Shown here piece by piece: positions 43,137 to 52,431 of a DNA stretch of 64,000 nt; within the stretch, counting starts at the first letter, position 1; each line of letters begins with the position of its first letter. A model generated the notes under the pieces. It had not been told where the DNA came from. It saw nothing but the letters and a program-made list of their open reading frames with translations, and made no database searches. Source of the stretch: an uncultured Chlorobiota bacterium. GTDB lineage: Bacteria; Bacteroidota; Bacteroidia; Bacteroidales; JAADGE01. The DNA is taken from contig CAMZKL010000016.1 in assembly GCA_947311255.1 (NCBI GenBank), positions 30,959-94,958 on the forward strand, in the 5' to 3' direction. A program made the translations under genes and the position numbers.

Positions 43137-44059
43137 TATTTTACTTTTATCATTTTTAAATTCCAAATAGTTTTTTCTTTATCAAGTGCATGTGAGTATG
43201 ATACATATAGTTTATTGTCAATTACATACTGGAAAGCACATGCATCATTATTTGAAAGTATCGGATTGTTTTTTGCTCTTTTGTAATTGCCGTCTATTTT
43301 ATCGGAATAAAAGGCATTAGTAACCCATTTTCCGGATAGTTTTCCGGTGTCAAATTCTTCAACTAAAAGATAGTATGTATTGTTATAAAATGCTATTGAA
43401 GGAGCAGCAATGGTTTTTGATAAAGAAATTATGAATTTTGGTTTGCTGTCTTTAAGTTTTAAAATATTATTTGATTTTTTTATGGCAATATTCCATTTTT
43501 TGTTTGTTTTTGCTCTTTCAGTACCGTTATAATAAAAGAGATAAAAATTATTGTCGTTTTTATTAAAATAAATAAAAGGGTTTTGGTTTTGTTTTCCTTT
43601 TTCAAAAGGCACAATAACTGTCTTATTGTTGAAGTCTGTTCCGTCTTTGCTTGTCTGCATTACAATTCTGCTGTCATAAGATTTATTATATTCAGCATAA
43701 AACATATAAAAAGTTTCATTTGCAAAAATAACTGTCGGCCATCTGCAATTTTTATTTATTATTGGGTTGTGTTCATATTTTTCCCAATATTCTAAATCGT
43801 TGCTTCTGGCAAGACCGCTTTTTTTTACCAATGGATTTGTGTTGTTATAGTGGTCCAATCCGTAATATGCCCAATATTTATATCCGTCTTTATTGGCTTC
43901 AACAATTGAAAATGTGTGTACTTTATTTGCATCCCAATTGCATTTGTCTCCTTGTAAAATTACTGAATTCCAAACAATTGACGGATATTCATTTTTTTGA
44001 GCAAATGTTTTAGCTCCGAATATTAAAAATATTAATAGACTTAATTTTAGGGTTTTCAT
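43136..44059 (-). CDS. Secreted five-bladed beta-propeller protein of the GH32/43/130-like superfamily
   Basis: Signal peptide; repeated blades YWAYY, GLARSNDLEYWEK..NPII, FYMFY, SKDGTDF, FYLFY, YYLL, NNPIL. Confidence 0.65.
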   Translation of the reverse strand: MKTLKLSLLIFLIFGAKTFAQKNEYPSIVWNSVILQGDKCNWDANKVHTFSIVEANKDGYKYWAYYGLDHYNNTNPLVKKSGLARSNDLEYWEKYEHNPIINKNCRWPTVIFANETFYMFYAEYNKSYDSRIVMQTSKDGTDFNNKTVIVPFEKGKQNQNPFIYFNKNDNNFYLFYYNGTERAKTNKKWNIAIKKSNNILKLKDSKPKFIISLSKTIAAPSIAFYNNTYYLLVEEFDTGKLSGKWVTNAFYSDKIDGNYKRAKNNPILSNNDACAFQYVIDNKLYVSYSHALDKEKTIWNLKMIKVK

Positions 44060-44237
44060 TTGTATAAGTTTGTTTAATTAATTCATTTTAAATAAGTTGC
44101 TTGTGCGTTCGTATTTATAACACTTGTGTTGTTTTTATATTGGAACATTTGCTTTTTTGCAAGTAATTTGTATGCCTGTTTATAGTTATACCCTTGTGTG
44201 TCAAAATTTTGGAATGGGTATTTTATTTTATTAAAAT

Positions 44238-45020
44238 TTATACAGTTGTAATTTTCACTCCTAATTTTTCATACATTGATAATTCGGTATCTGTCATTTT
44301 TTTTGTAGTTATTATTTTATCAAGTTTTTCAATTTTAGAGATTACTGCCAAACTACGTCTTCCGAATTTAGATTCATCTGCAAGCAAAATAATTTCGCCG
44401 GAAACATTTATCATTGTCTGTGTTGTGCTTGCTTCGTTTATGTTTGGAGTTGTTAATCCGTGTTCAAAATCAATTCCGTCTGTTCCTAAAAACAGTTTGC
44501 CGGAAGATAATCTTTTCAAAACGGTTTCTGCCAAGGGTCCGATTAGTGTTAATGTGTCTTTAAAAAGGTTACCTCCTGTTAAAATTACTTCAATATTTGA
44601 ATTTATTAATTCAACTGCTATATTTAAAGCATTAGTAATAACAGTTATGTTTTTTTTGTTAAGTATTTCTTTTGCTAATAAATTTGTGGTTGAACCGGAA
44701 TCTAAAATTATTGTATCTCCTTCTTTAATCAACTTTGCAGCTTCTTTTACGATTCTTAATTTTTCATCAAGAAATATTTTTTCTTTTTCGGTAAGAGCTA
44801 AACCTCTAAATAACTGATTGTTTTTTATAGCTCCTCCGTGTGTTCTTTTTAAAGCTCCAGACTTTTCTAATACAGCTAAATCTTTTCTGATGGTAACAGC
44901 TGTTGTATTGAATTTTTCAATAAGGTCATTTGTTGAAATCCTATTTTTTTTATCAAGAATTTTTAAAATTTCCTCTCTTCTTTCTTCTTGAAAAATGTTA
45001 TTTTCACTTACATACTTCAC
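44238..45020 (-). CDS. DeoR/GlpR family repressor, AgaR-like
   Basis: ERREEIL, TIRKDL..LE, RTHGGA, IILDSGST, ITNALNIA, LLADESKFGR; GTG start. Confidence 0.92.
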   Translation of the reverse strand: MKYVSENNIFQEERREEILKILDKKNRISTNDLIEKFNTTAVTIRKDLAVLEKSGALKRTHGGAIKNNQLFRGLALTEKEKIFLDEKLRIVKEAAKLIKEGDTIILDSGSTTNLLAKEILNKKNITVITNALNIAVELINSNIEVILTGGNLFKDTLTLIGPLAETVLKRLSSGKLFLGTDGIDFEHGLTTPNINEASTTQTMINVSGEIILLADESKFGRRSLAVISKIEKLDKIITTKKMTDTELSMYEKLGVKITTV

Positions 45021-45066
45021 TGCACTATCTTTTAGTTTTGCATTTAAAATAATTTACTAGTATTTA

Positions 45067-45096
45067 AGTTCGTTTACTTTCGTTTACTTTCGTTTT
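45067..45096 (-). promoter_or_regulatory. Tandem 10-bp repeat operator, AgaR-type CTTTC-N5-CTTTC
   Basis: AGTTCGTTTA CTTTCGTTTA CTTTCGTTTT directly downstream of the predicted -7 box of the deoR-led operon. Confidence 0.7.
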
Positions 45097-45097
45097 G

Positions 45098-45128
45098 CAA
45101 TTATAGGACATTTTTTTAATTTTACAAA
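45098..45128 (-). promoter_or_regulatory. Bacteroidota -33/-7 promoter of the PUL
   Basis: Minus strand TTTG-19 nt-TATAATTG (consensus TTTG-N19-21-TAnnTTTG, one mismatch). Confidence 0.6.
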
Positions 45129-45591
45129 ACAAAATGTTGTATAACATAATTTTTTGTGTTATGATATTTTTTAATAGCATTTATAGATGTACAACTAATT
45201 TTATAGATATGTTTTACTTTATTGCCGCTAAGTTCAGATTTTATTATTTCACTTAATTTTTAACTTAACCCAATATCTACACAAGGAGTATTCTTCCTTT
45301 TTATGAAGCATTTTGTCATTTTATGTATTTATATACAAGTTCATTCTTTTTTACTCATCTTAGAAAAGAACTTTTAAATAATACGTATTAATTATCTCAT
45401 ATTCAGACAACAATAAAGATTAAAAAAAAAGAAACTTAATACTTAGGAAATTTGGAAATACTTAAAATTTACAGTATTATAATATGTTTATATTCAATAA
45501 ATTATAAGTTGCAAATATTGATTTTATATTTGAGAAAAGAATTTAAATTCTAATAATTAGATTTTTAAAATAATTTATTAGTTTGCCATGC

Positions 45592-46392
45592 TTAATTTTT
45601 TATTATTTTAAAGTAGTTTTCAGAAATTATTTTTAATATTTCATTATTTGTTGAAAAATGTGTTGTATTTATTTGATTTACAGCTAAAACACCAATTGAT
45701 GTCCCTGTTATAAATGCGGCATCAAAGTTTGCTATTTCTTTCAAGAAAATATCTTTTTCTAGAACTTTAATATTTTTTTTGTTGCAAATTTTAAATATAA
45801 AATCTCGTGTTATTCCTTTTAAAACATCTCTTGATTTTGGAGTTGTAAGTTTGTTATTTTTAATGAAAAATATATTTGACTTACTGCATTCCGTAATTTT
45901 ATTATTTTTAGATATTAATAATGTTTCAAAGACATTTTTGTTTTTTGTATTAGATTTAAGAAACTCTCTGAGTTTATAGTTTATTACTTTTGCATTTGGG
46001 TCTATACGTTCAATTTTTTTAGAAATAATTTTCACTCCGTATTCGTAAACATCAGCTTTAGGTTCAATGTTTTGTAGAAAGAAACAAATTAATGTATTTT
46101 TTCTACCATAAAATCTTATTACAAACTTTAACCTACCATTTTTAATTTTATTGATTTCAATAAGTTTTAAAACTTGTTTTTTTACCTCTTTATCAGAAAT
46201 TGAAATTTTTAAATTTTTAATTTCTGCAGATTGATGGAATCTTTTTAAATGCTCATCAAAAAAAAGAGGAGAATAATTTGAAATTTTAATAACTTCATAA
46301 ATTGAGATTCCTTTTTCCAATTCTGAAATTTGAAAATCTTTTACAGGAATCTTTTTTCCATCAACTATAAAATAATTTGCTATACAAGGCAT
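45592..46392 (-). CDS. Class IV aminotransferase (IlvE/PabC-like)
   Basis: IYEVIK, FDEHLKRF, NAKVIN (PLP Lys), ITECSKSNIFF, VLKGITR, AFITGTS. Confidence 0.88.
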   Translation of the reverse strand: MPCIANYFIVDGKKIPVKDFQISELEKGISIYEVIKISNYSPLFFDEHLKRFHQSAEIKNLKISISDKEVKKQVLKLIEINKIKNGRLKFVIRFYGRKNTLICFFLQNIEPKADVYEYGVKIISKKIERIDPNAKVINYKLREFLKSNTKNKNVFETLLISKNNKITECSKSNIFFIKNNKLTTPKSRDVLKGITRDFIFKICNKKNIKVLEKDIFLKEIANFDAAFITGTSIGVLAVNQINTTHFSTNNEILKIISENYFKIIKN

Positions 46393-46505
46393 AATTTATT
46401 GTAATTTAATGCAAAATAAAATATAAATTCGTAAAAATTGTTAAATTTGAGAAAATTAAAGAAATCTTTAATATTTTTATGCTTTTAATCTTCAAAAACT
46501 TATAG

Positions 46506-47228
46506 ATGAAGTTATATACTGATAAAGTTGTGAAAAGATACGGTAAAAGAACCGTAGTAAAAGGCATTTCCTTAGATGTTAACAAAGGTGAAATAGTTGG
46601 GTTACTAGGGCCTAATGGAGCTGGAAAAACTACAACTTTTTACATGATTGTCGGTTTTATAAGACCAAATGAAGGGAATGTTTTTTTAGACAATATAAAT
46701 ATTACAAAATTACCAATGTATAAAAGGGCAAAGATGGGTATTGGTTATTTGCCACAAGAAGCATCCGTTTTTAGAAATTTATCTGTTGAAAATAATATAA
46801 AAAGTGTTCTTGAAATGACAAAAATGTCAAGAAAAGAACAAAAAATACAAACTGAAAGGTTAATTGAAGAATTTGGACTAGATCATATTCGTAAAAGTAA
46901 AGGAATTCAGCTATCTGGAGGAGAAAGAAGAAGAACCGAAATTGCAAGAGCACTCGCAATTAATCCTGCTTTTATTCTTTTAGACGAACCCTTTGCAGGT
47001 GTTGATCCTATTGCTGTTGAAGATATACAATCAATTGTAAGAACATTGAAGGAAAAAAATATTGGAGTGCTAATTACCGATCACAATGTTCATGAAACTC
47101 TCAGGATAACAGATAGATCTTATTTGCTTTACGAAGGCAATATTTTAGAAGCCGGAACAGCGGAAGATTTAGCATCTAATCCTGAAGTAAGAGAAAAGTA
47201 TTTAGGAAAGAATTTTGAATTAAGATAA
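46506..47228 (+). CDS. lptB: LPS export ABC transporter ATP-binding protein
   Basis: [62 protein letters not shown]. Confidence 0.97.
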   Translation: MKLYTDKVVKRYGKRTVVKGISLDVNKGEIVGLLGPNGAGKTTTFYMIVGFIRPNEGNVFLDNINITKLPMYKRAKMGIGYLPQEASVFRNLSVENNIKSVLEMTKMSRKEQKIQTERLIEEFGLDHIRKSKGIQLSGGERRRTEIARALAINPAFILLDEPFAGVDPIAVEDIQSIVRTLKEKNIGVLITDHNVHETLRITDRSYLLYEGNILEAGTAEDLASNPEVREKYLGKNFELR

Positions 47229-47231
47229 TTT

Positions 47232-47275
47232 AAAAGAGTTCAATTTTTAAAAATGAAAATGAACTCTTTTTTTTT
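47232..47275. terminator. Bidirectional terminator between convergent lptB and pgm
   Basis: AAAAGAGTTCA...TGAACTCTTTTTTTTT. Confidence 0.7.
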
Positions 47276-47289
47276 AAGTATGACTTTTT

Positions 47290-49017
47290 TTAAATACCTA
47301 AATCAGTTTTTATTTCTTCAATCTTTACTTCAAGCATAGAATTAATTTCTTCAAATTTATCTTTACAACATAAATTAGATTTTAATCCTATATAAAACTT
47401 TATTTTTGGTTCAGTTCCAGAAGGTCTTACTGTAATTTTATAACCATCTTCGGTAAAGAATTGAATAACATTAGATTTTGGAAGATTTATGGTTTCAACT
47501 GTGTCTGTTACAATGTTTTTAGATTGTTGTAAAAAATAATCTTTAACTTTTGTGATTTTTGAAGCTGCAATAGTTTTTGGAGCGTTTTTTCTAAAATTAT
47601 CCATCATTGCTCTAATTTCCTCATTTCCCTTTTTCCCTTTTTTAACAAGGTTTACTAATACTTCTTTATATAAGCCAAACTCAATATAAATATCAATAAG
47701 CATTTCATAAAAAGATTTTCCTTGTTCTTTTGCCCAAACAGCGGCTTCGGAAATGAGTGCTGCGGACATAACAGCATCTTTGTCTCTTACAAACTCTCCA
47801 GCTAAATATCCATAACTCTCTTCGCCCCCGCCAATGAATAATTTTTTACCTTCGTTTTCTTTAATTATTTCAGCAATAAATTTAAAACCTGTTAAAGTAT
47901 CAAAATACTCAATATTAAATTTGCGAGCAATATCTGCAAGTAATTCAGAGGTTACAATTGTTTTTACAATGTATTCATTCCCTTTTATTAAATTTCTGTC
48001 AATTTTTGATTTTATAAGAAAATAAATTAATACTGATGCGGTTTGATTTCCGTTTAATAGTATAAAATTGTTTTTTAAGTCTTTAACTGCAATTCCTACA
48101 CGGTCTGCATCAGGGTCAGTTGCTAAAACTAAATCTGCATCTACTTCTTTTGCTTTTTGAATAGCCATTTCAAGGGCTTCTGCATTTTCCGGATTTGGAG
48201 AAATTACAGTAGGGAAGTTACCGTCAACAATATCTTGTTCTGGAATATTAAAAATGTTTTTAAAACCGAATGCTCTCAAAGTTTCGGGAACAAGTTTAAC
48301 TCCTGTGCCATGGATAGGAGTGTAAACAATTTTAAAATCATCATGTTTTTCAATAATATCTTTAGAAACAGATAAAGTTTTTAGTTTGTTTAAATATAAG
48401 GTGTCAAAATCTTCTCCAAGACTAATTATATTTCTTTTTATACTTTCAAATTTTATATCATCCACATTTGTAATCTTATTAACTTCGGATATAATGTTTT
48501 TATCATGAGGTGCAACAACTTGTCCGCCATCATCCCAGTATGCTTTGTAGCCATTATATTCTTTTGGGTTATGTGAAGCAGTTATAACAACACCACTTTG
48601 GCAATTAAAATGTCGCATTGCAAAAGATAATTCTGGGGTAGGTCTTAAACTTTCAAATAAATAAACCTTAAAACCATTTGCAGAAAAGATGTCTGCTGTA
48701 AGTTCTGCAAAATATCTGCTGTTGTTTCTGTTGTCATGGGCAACAGCAACTTTTATTTGTTTTAGATTAGAGAAGTTTTTAATAATATAGTTACTTAAGC
48801 CTTGAGTTGCTGCTCCAATAGTATATTTATTAACTCTATTGGTGCCAACTCCCATAATACCTCGCAAACCACCAGTTCCAAATTCTAAATTTTTATAAAA
48901 AGCGTCTTCTAATTCTGTAGGGTTGTTTTCAATAAGTTTTTTAACTTCTTTTTTAGTCGCATCGTCATATTTTCCATTAAGCCAAATTTCAGCTTTTTGT
49001 AATATGTTATTTTTCAT
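47290..49017 (-). CDS. pgm: Phosphoglucomutase/phosphomannomutase (alpha-D-phosphohexomutase)
   Basis: LEFGTGGLRG, ITASHNPKEYNGYK, ATDPDADR, GGEESYG, RPSGTEPKIKFY. Confidence 0.95.
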   Translation of the reverse strand: MKNNILQKAEIWLNGKYDDATKKEVKKLIENNPTELEDAFYKNLEFGTGGLRGIMGVGTNRVNKYTIGAATQGLSNYIIKNFSNLKQIKVAVAHDNRNNSRYFAELTADIFSANGFKVYLFESLRPTPELSFAMRHFNCQSGVVITASHNPKEYNGYKAYWDDGGQVVAPHDKNIISEVNKITNVDDIKFESIKRNIISLGEDFDTLYLNKLKTLSVSKDIIEKHDDFKIVYTPIHGTGVKLVPETLRAFGFKNIFNIPEQDIVDGNFPTVISPNPENAEALEMAIQKAKEVDADLVLATDPDADRVGIAVKDLKNNFILLNGNQTASVLIYFLIKSKIDRNLIKGNEYIVKTIVTSELLADIARKFNIEYFDTLTGFKFIAEIIKENEGKKLFIGGGEESYGYLAGEFVRDKDAVMSAALISEAAVWAKEQGKSFYEMLIDIYIEFGLYKEVLVNLVKKGKKGNEEIRAMMDNFRKNAPKTIAASKITKVKDYFLQQSKNIVTDTVETINLPKSNVIQFFTEDGYKITVRPSGTEPKIKFYIGLKSNLCCKDKFEEINSMLEVKIEEIKTDLGI

Positions 49018-49234
49018 ATTTTCTTAAATTTTAAAATTTATGTAAAAATGCTTATTTTTTTTAATAAAAAAAAACATCTCATTTTAATTCTTTATAATAA
49101 TATGTAATTTGTTTATTACCAGTTAGATATAAATATTATTAACAATAATTAACATTTATTGCAATTCTATATTGCTGAATTTTAGATAGTTGCAGATATT
49201 TTGAAAAAATATTTGAAAATTAAATCATTTTGAG

Positions 49235-49266
49235 TTTGTAAGAATGTTATTTTTTTGTTAAGTTTG
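49235..49266 (+). promoter_or_regulatory. Bacteroidota -33/-7 promoter of the second susC operon
   Basis: TTTG (49235-38)-20 nt-TAAGTTTG (49259-66), perfect consensus. Confidence 0.7.
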
Positions 49267-49310
49267 TGGGATAAAAATGAATTTAATTGTTAACTAAAAA
49301 TTGTTTGTTT

Positions 49311-52300
49311 ATGAAAAAACTAATGCTATTACTGGCATTCTTCTCAATTGTAGGAATGCAAGTTTATGCTCAAAAAACGGTAACAGGTACAGTTATTGAT
49401 GACTCAGGAGAAGGTGTTCCCGGAGTTAGTGTACTTGTAAAAGGAACAACAGTAGGTACGATGACTCTTGGTGATGGTACGTACTCCGTAGAAGTTCCTG
49501 ATGGATCTAACACTTTAGTATTTTCATACATTGGTATGGAAACTCAAGAAGTTGCAATTTCCGGAAATGTTATGAATGTTACATTAAGTGCATCAAGTGA
49601 AGATATTGATGAAGTTGTTGTAACAGCTTACGGTATTGTAAGAGAAAAACGTGAAACTACCTATCAAACTGAAAAAGTTTCTAGTGAAGAACTTATGACT
49701 AGTGCACCTACAAGAGCTGCTGCTGGTTTAGTAGGTAAAGTTGCCGGTATGCAGGTTAATCTTCAAGATAATGGAGTTAAGCCTAATGCGCAAATTCTTT
49801 TAAGAGGTTTAAGATCTGTAAGTGGAAATAATGAAGCACTTGTTGTAATTGATGGTTCAATTTCTTCTATGAGTGCATACAATGACCTAAATCCAAATGA
49901 CATTGAAAGTCAAAACATTCTTAAAGGAGCAAATGCTGCTGCCCTTTATGGTTCTAATGCAGCAAATGGTGCTTTAATTGTTGTTACAAAAAAAGGAACT
50001 TTATCTGAAAAACTTACTGTTGGTTTAAATTCATCAGTTACGTTTGAAAAAGTTGCTTATATGCCAGATTTTCAAGATCAATATGGTACTGGTTGGGCTG
50101 GTGCTTATGACAATGTTGAGAATACAAACTGGGGACCACGTTTTGACGGAACTCTTCGTCAAATTGGACCAACATTCCCTGCAGGCCATGCATTAACTAC
50201 TCAAATGGTTCCTTATGCTCCTGTTAAAGATAATCTTAAAGATTTTTTCCAAACAGGTAATACTATCATTAATGATATTTATTTAAAAGGTGGTAATGAA
50301 ACAAGTACATATTATTTATCTGTTGGAGACCAAAGAACAAAAGGTATTGTTTTAGATGACTCTTACAGAAGAAATACAATAAGAGTTAATGCTTCAAAAA
50401 CTATTGATAAAGTTGTTTTAAGTTCAAATATCAGTTTCTTAAATGACAAGGTTGATGTTGTTGGTGATAATATAGGAGATCAAGATAGACCTTTATATTG
50501 GTTTGTTTTAAATACATCTGCAAATATTCCTTTATCAACTTACAAAGACTGGGAAAATCCTAAGAGTTATGCATATGCTGATAATTATTATAATGCATAT
50601 TACCAAAACCCATATTGGGCAATAGGGACTAACAGAAATATTGATTACTCCAACAGATTTAATGGAACTTTTAATGTTAAATATGATGTTTTTGATTGGT
50701 TAGTTTTTAATACTAATTTTAATGTTAATAATTCTTGGGGAACTGGTAAAGATTGGAGAGCATCACAAGCCTATGATGCAACTCTACAACCATCTCATTC
50801 TTATGTAAGCTCTAAAGTTGAAGATTTTGAATTTCAAGATTCAAGATATAACTTAAATGCAATATTTTCTTCCAATAATAATTTAACTGATATGATTTCT
50901 TTAAAAGTTAATTTAGGAGCTGCAACTGATTCAAGAAAATACAGAGAAAGTACTATTACTGCAAACAATCTTAGTATAGAAGGTTTTTATGATGTTTCTA
51001 ACGGAACAGGATCACCTGTAATTAATGTTAATCAATCACAAAGAAGAGGAATTGGTGTTTTTGGAGATATGACTTTAGGTTATGGAAATTTTATTTTCCT
51101 ATATGCTTCTGGAAGACAAGATTGGACTTCAACATTACCTGTTGATAATAACAGTTATTTTTATCCTTCTGTTGGTCTTTCTTTTGTTGCAACTGATGCA
51201 ATATCTGCATTGAAAAATAATAGTATTTTATCCGATGCAAGATTTACAGTAAGTAATTCAACCGTATATTCTTCTTTCAGACCATATTTGACTAATGAAT
51301 CATATAGTCAAGCCGGAGGTTTTCCTTATGGAGATGTGAACGGATTTGATTTGTCAAGAACAGCTATTGATCCAAACATTAAAAAAGAAAAACTAAATAC
51401 AACTGAAATTGGTATGAATTTATCATTTTTAAAAGACAGAATTAGTTTAGCTACTTCGTATTATATGACTAAAACAACCGATTTAATTACTTACACAACT
51501 CCTTCAACAACATCTGGTGCAACAAGAGTTCTTACAAATATTGGAGAATTACAAGGTAAAGGTGTTGAATTAACTCTTGGTGCAACTGTATTAGATATGA
51601 AAGGATTCAAATGGCAATTAAATGCTAATTATACATCAAATTCCTCAAAAATAATTTCTATCAAAGATGATTTGGATGAAATTAGTATTTGGAGTACTGA
51701 TTCTTGGGGTGTATATGCTGTGAAAGGTGAAGAATTCCCTCAAATTAAAGCAAATACCTATAAAATGCATGATGGCAAATTTATTATTAACCCATCTACT
51801 GGATATCCAATTCAAGAAGAAGGTGTTCATAATATGGGAAGAACAACTCCTAAATATATAGCTGCCTTAACTTCAATATTTACATATAAAGGCTTTTCTC
51901 TTTCAGCAACTGGAGATTACAGAACAGGACATGTATATTACGAGCAAGGATCTGATGTAATGGAATTTACAGGAAGATCTGTTGCAAGTGTTTCTGCAAA
52001 CCGACAAGATTTTGTAATTCCTAATTCTGTTTACGAAACAAGTCCTGGAGTTTTTGTTGAAAATACAAATATTCAGGTACAAGGTGGAGATATGAATTAT
52101 TGGAAAGATATTTATAATCAAGTGAAATCTAATTATATAAAAGATGCAAGTGCTCTTAAAATTAGAGAATTAACTTTCTCGTATGAACTTCCAAAGAAAT
52201 TTGTAAAGAAAGCAAAATTAGAAAAATTAAAAATTGGTTTTGTAACAAGAAATCTTAAAACTTGGTTGCCCGCAGATAACAGATTCTCTGATCCTGAGTT

Positions 52301-52418
52301 TAAAAATCAGGTTTCAAGAGGAGGAAGTACTACACCTGCGAATGCTATTGGTATTGGTGGATATATGCAATCTCCTCCAACTTGGTCATACGGATTTAAT
52401 CTTAATATTGAATTTTAA
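49311..52418 (+). CDS. susC: SusC/RagA TonB-dependent transporter
   Basis: Likely ATG start MKKLMLL at 49311; IDEVVVTAYG, LLRGLRS, LKGANAAALYGSNAANGALIVVTKKG; C-terminal aromatic residue. Confidence 0.93.
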   Translation: MKKLMLLLAFFSIVGMQVYAQKTVTGTVIDDSGEGVPGVSVLVKGTTVGTMTLGDGTYSVEVPDGSNTLVFSYIGMETQEVAISGNVMNVTLSASSEDIDEVVVTAYGIVREKRETTYQTEKVSSEELMTSAPTRAAAGLVGKVAGMQVNLQDNGVKPNAQILLRGLRSVSGNNEALVVIDGSISSMSAYNDLNPNDIESQNILKGANAAALYGSNAANGALIVVTKKGTLSEKLTVGLNSSVTFEKVAYMPDFQDQYGTGWAGAYDNVENTNWGPRFDGTLRQIGPTFPAGHALTTQMVPYAPVKDNLKDFFQTGNTIINDIYLKGGNETSTYYLSVGDQRTKGIVLDDSYRRNTIRVNASKTIDKVVLSSNISFLNDKVDVVGDNIGDQDRPLYWFVLNTSANIPLSTYKDWENPKSYAYADNYYNAYYQNPYWAIGTNRNIDYSNRFNGTFNVKYDVFDWLVFNTNFNVNNSWGTGKDWRASQAYDATLQPSHSYVSSKVEDFEFQDSRYNLNAIFSSNNNLTDMISLKVNLGAATDSRKYRESTITANNLSIEGFYDVSNGTGSPVINVNQSQRRGIGVFGDMTLGYGNFIFLYASGRQDWTSTLPVDNNSYFYPSVGLSFVATDAISALKNNSILSDARFTVSNSTVYSSFRPYLTNESYSQAGGFPYGDVNGFDLSRTAIDPNIKKEKLNTTEIGMNLSFLKDRISLATSYYMTKTTDLITYTTPSTTSGATRVLTNIGELQGKGVELTLGATVLDMKGFKWQLNANYTSNSSKIISIKDDLDEISIWSTDSWGVYAVKGEEFPQIKANTYKMHDGKFIINPSTGYPIQEEGVHNMGRTTPKYIAALTSIFTYKGFSLSATGDYRTGHVYYEQGSDVMEFTGRSVASVSANRQDFVIPNSVYETSPGVFVENTNIQVQGGDMNYWKDIYNQVKSNYIKDASALKIRELTFSYELPKKFVKKAKLEKLKIGFVTRNLKTWLPADNRFSDPEFKNQVSRGGSTTPANAIGIGGYMQSPPTWSYGFNLNIEF

Positions 52419-52431
52419 AACTATATAAAAT

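Noticed and set aside
44194-44817. 207-aa plus-strand ORF, and similar antisense ORFs such as 54918-55439, 4838-5398 and 16884-17489
   Set aside because: They lie entirely antisense to well-supported genes and have no recognisable motifs; shadow ORFs.
45067-45096. Tandem repeat as a mini-CRISPR, iteron or phase-variable microsatellite
   Set aside because: Only three 10-bp units with no spacers and no cas or rep genes; position and motif fit a DeoR-family operator better.
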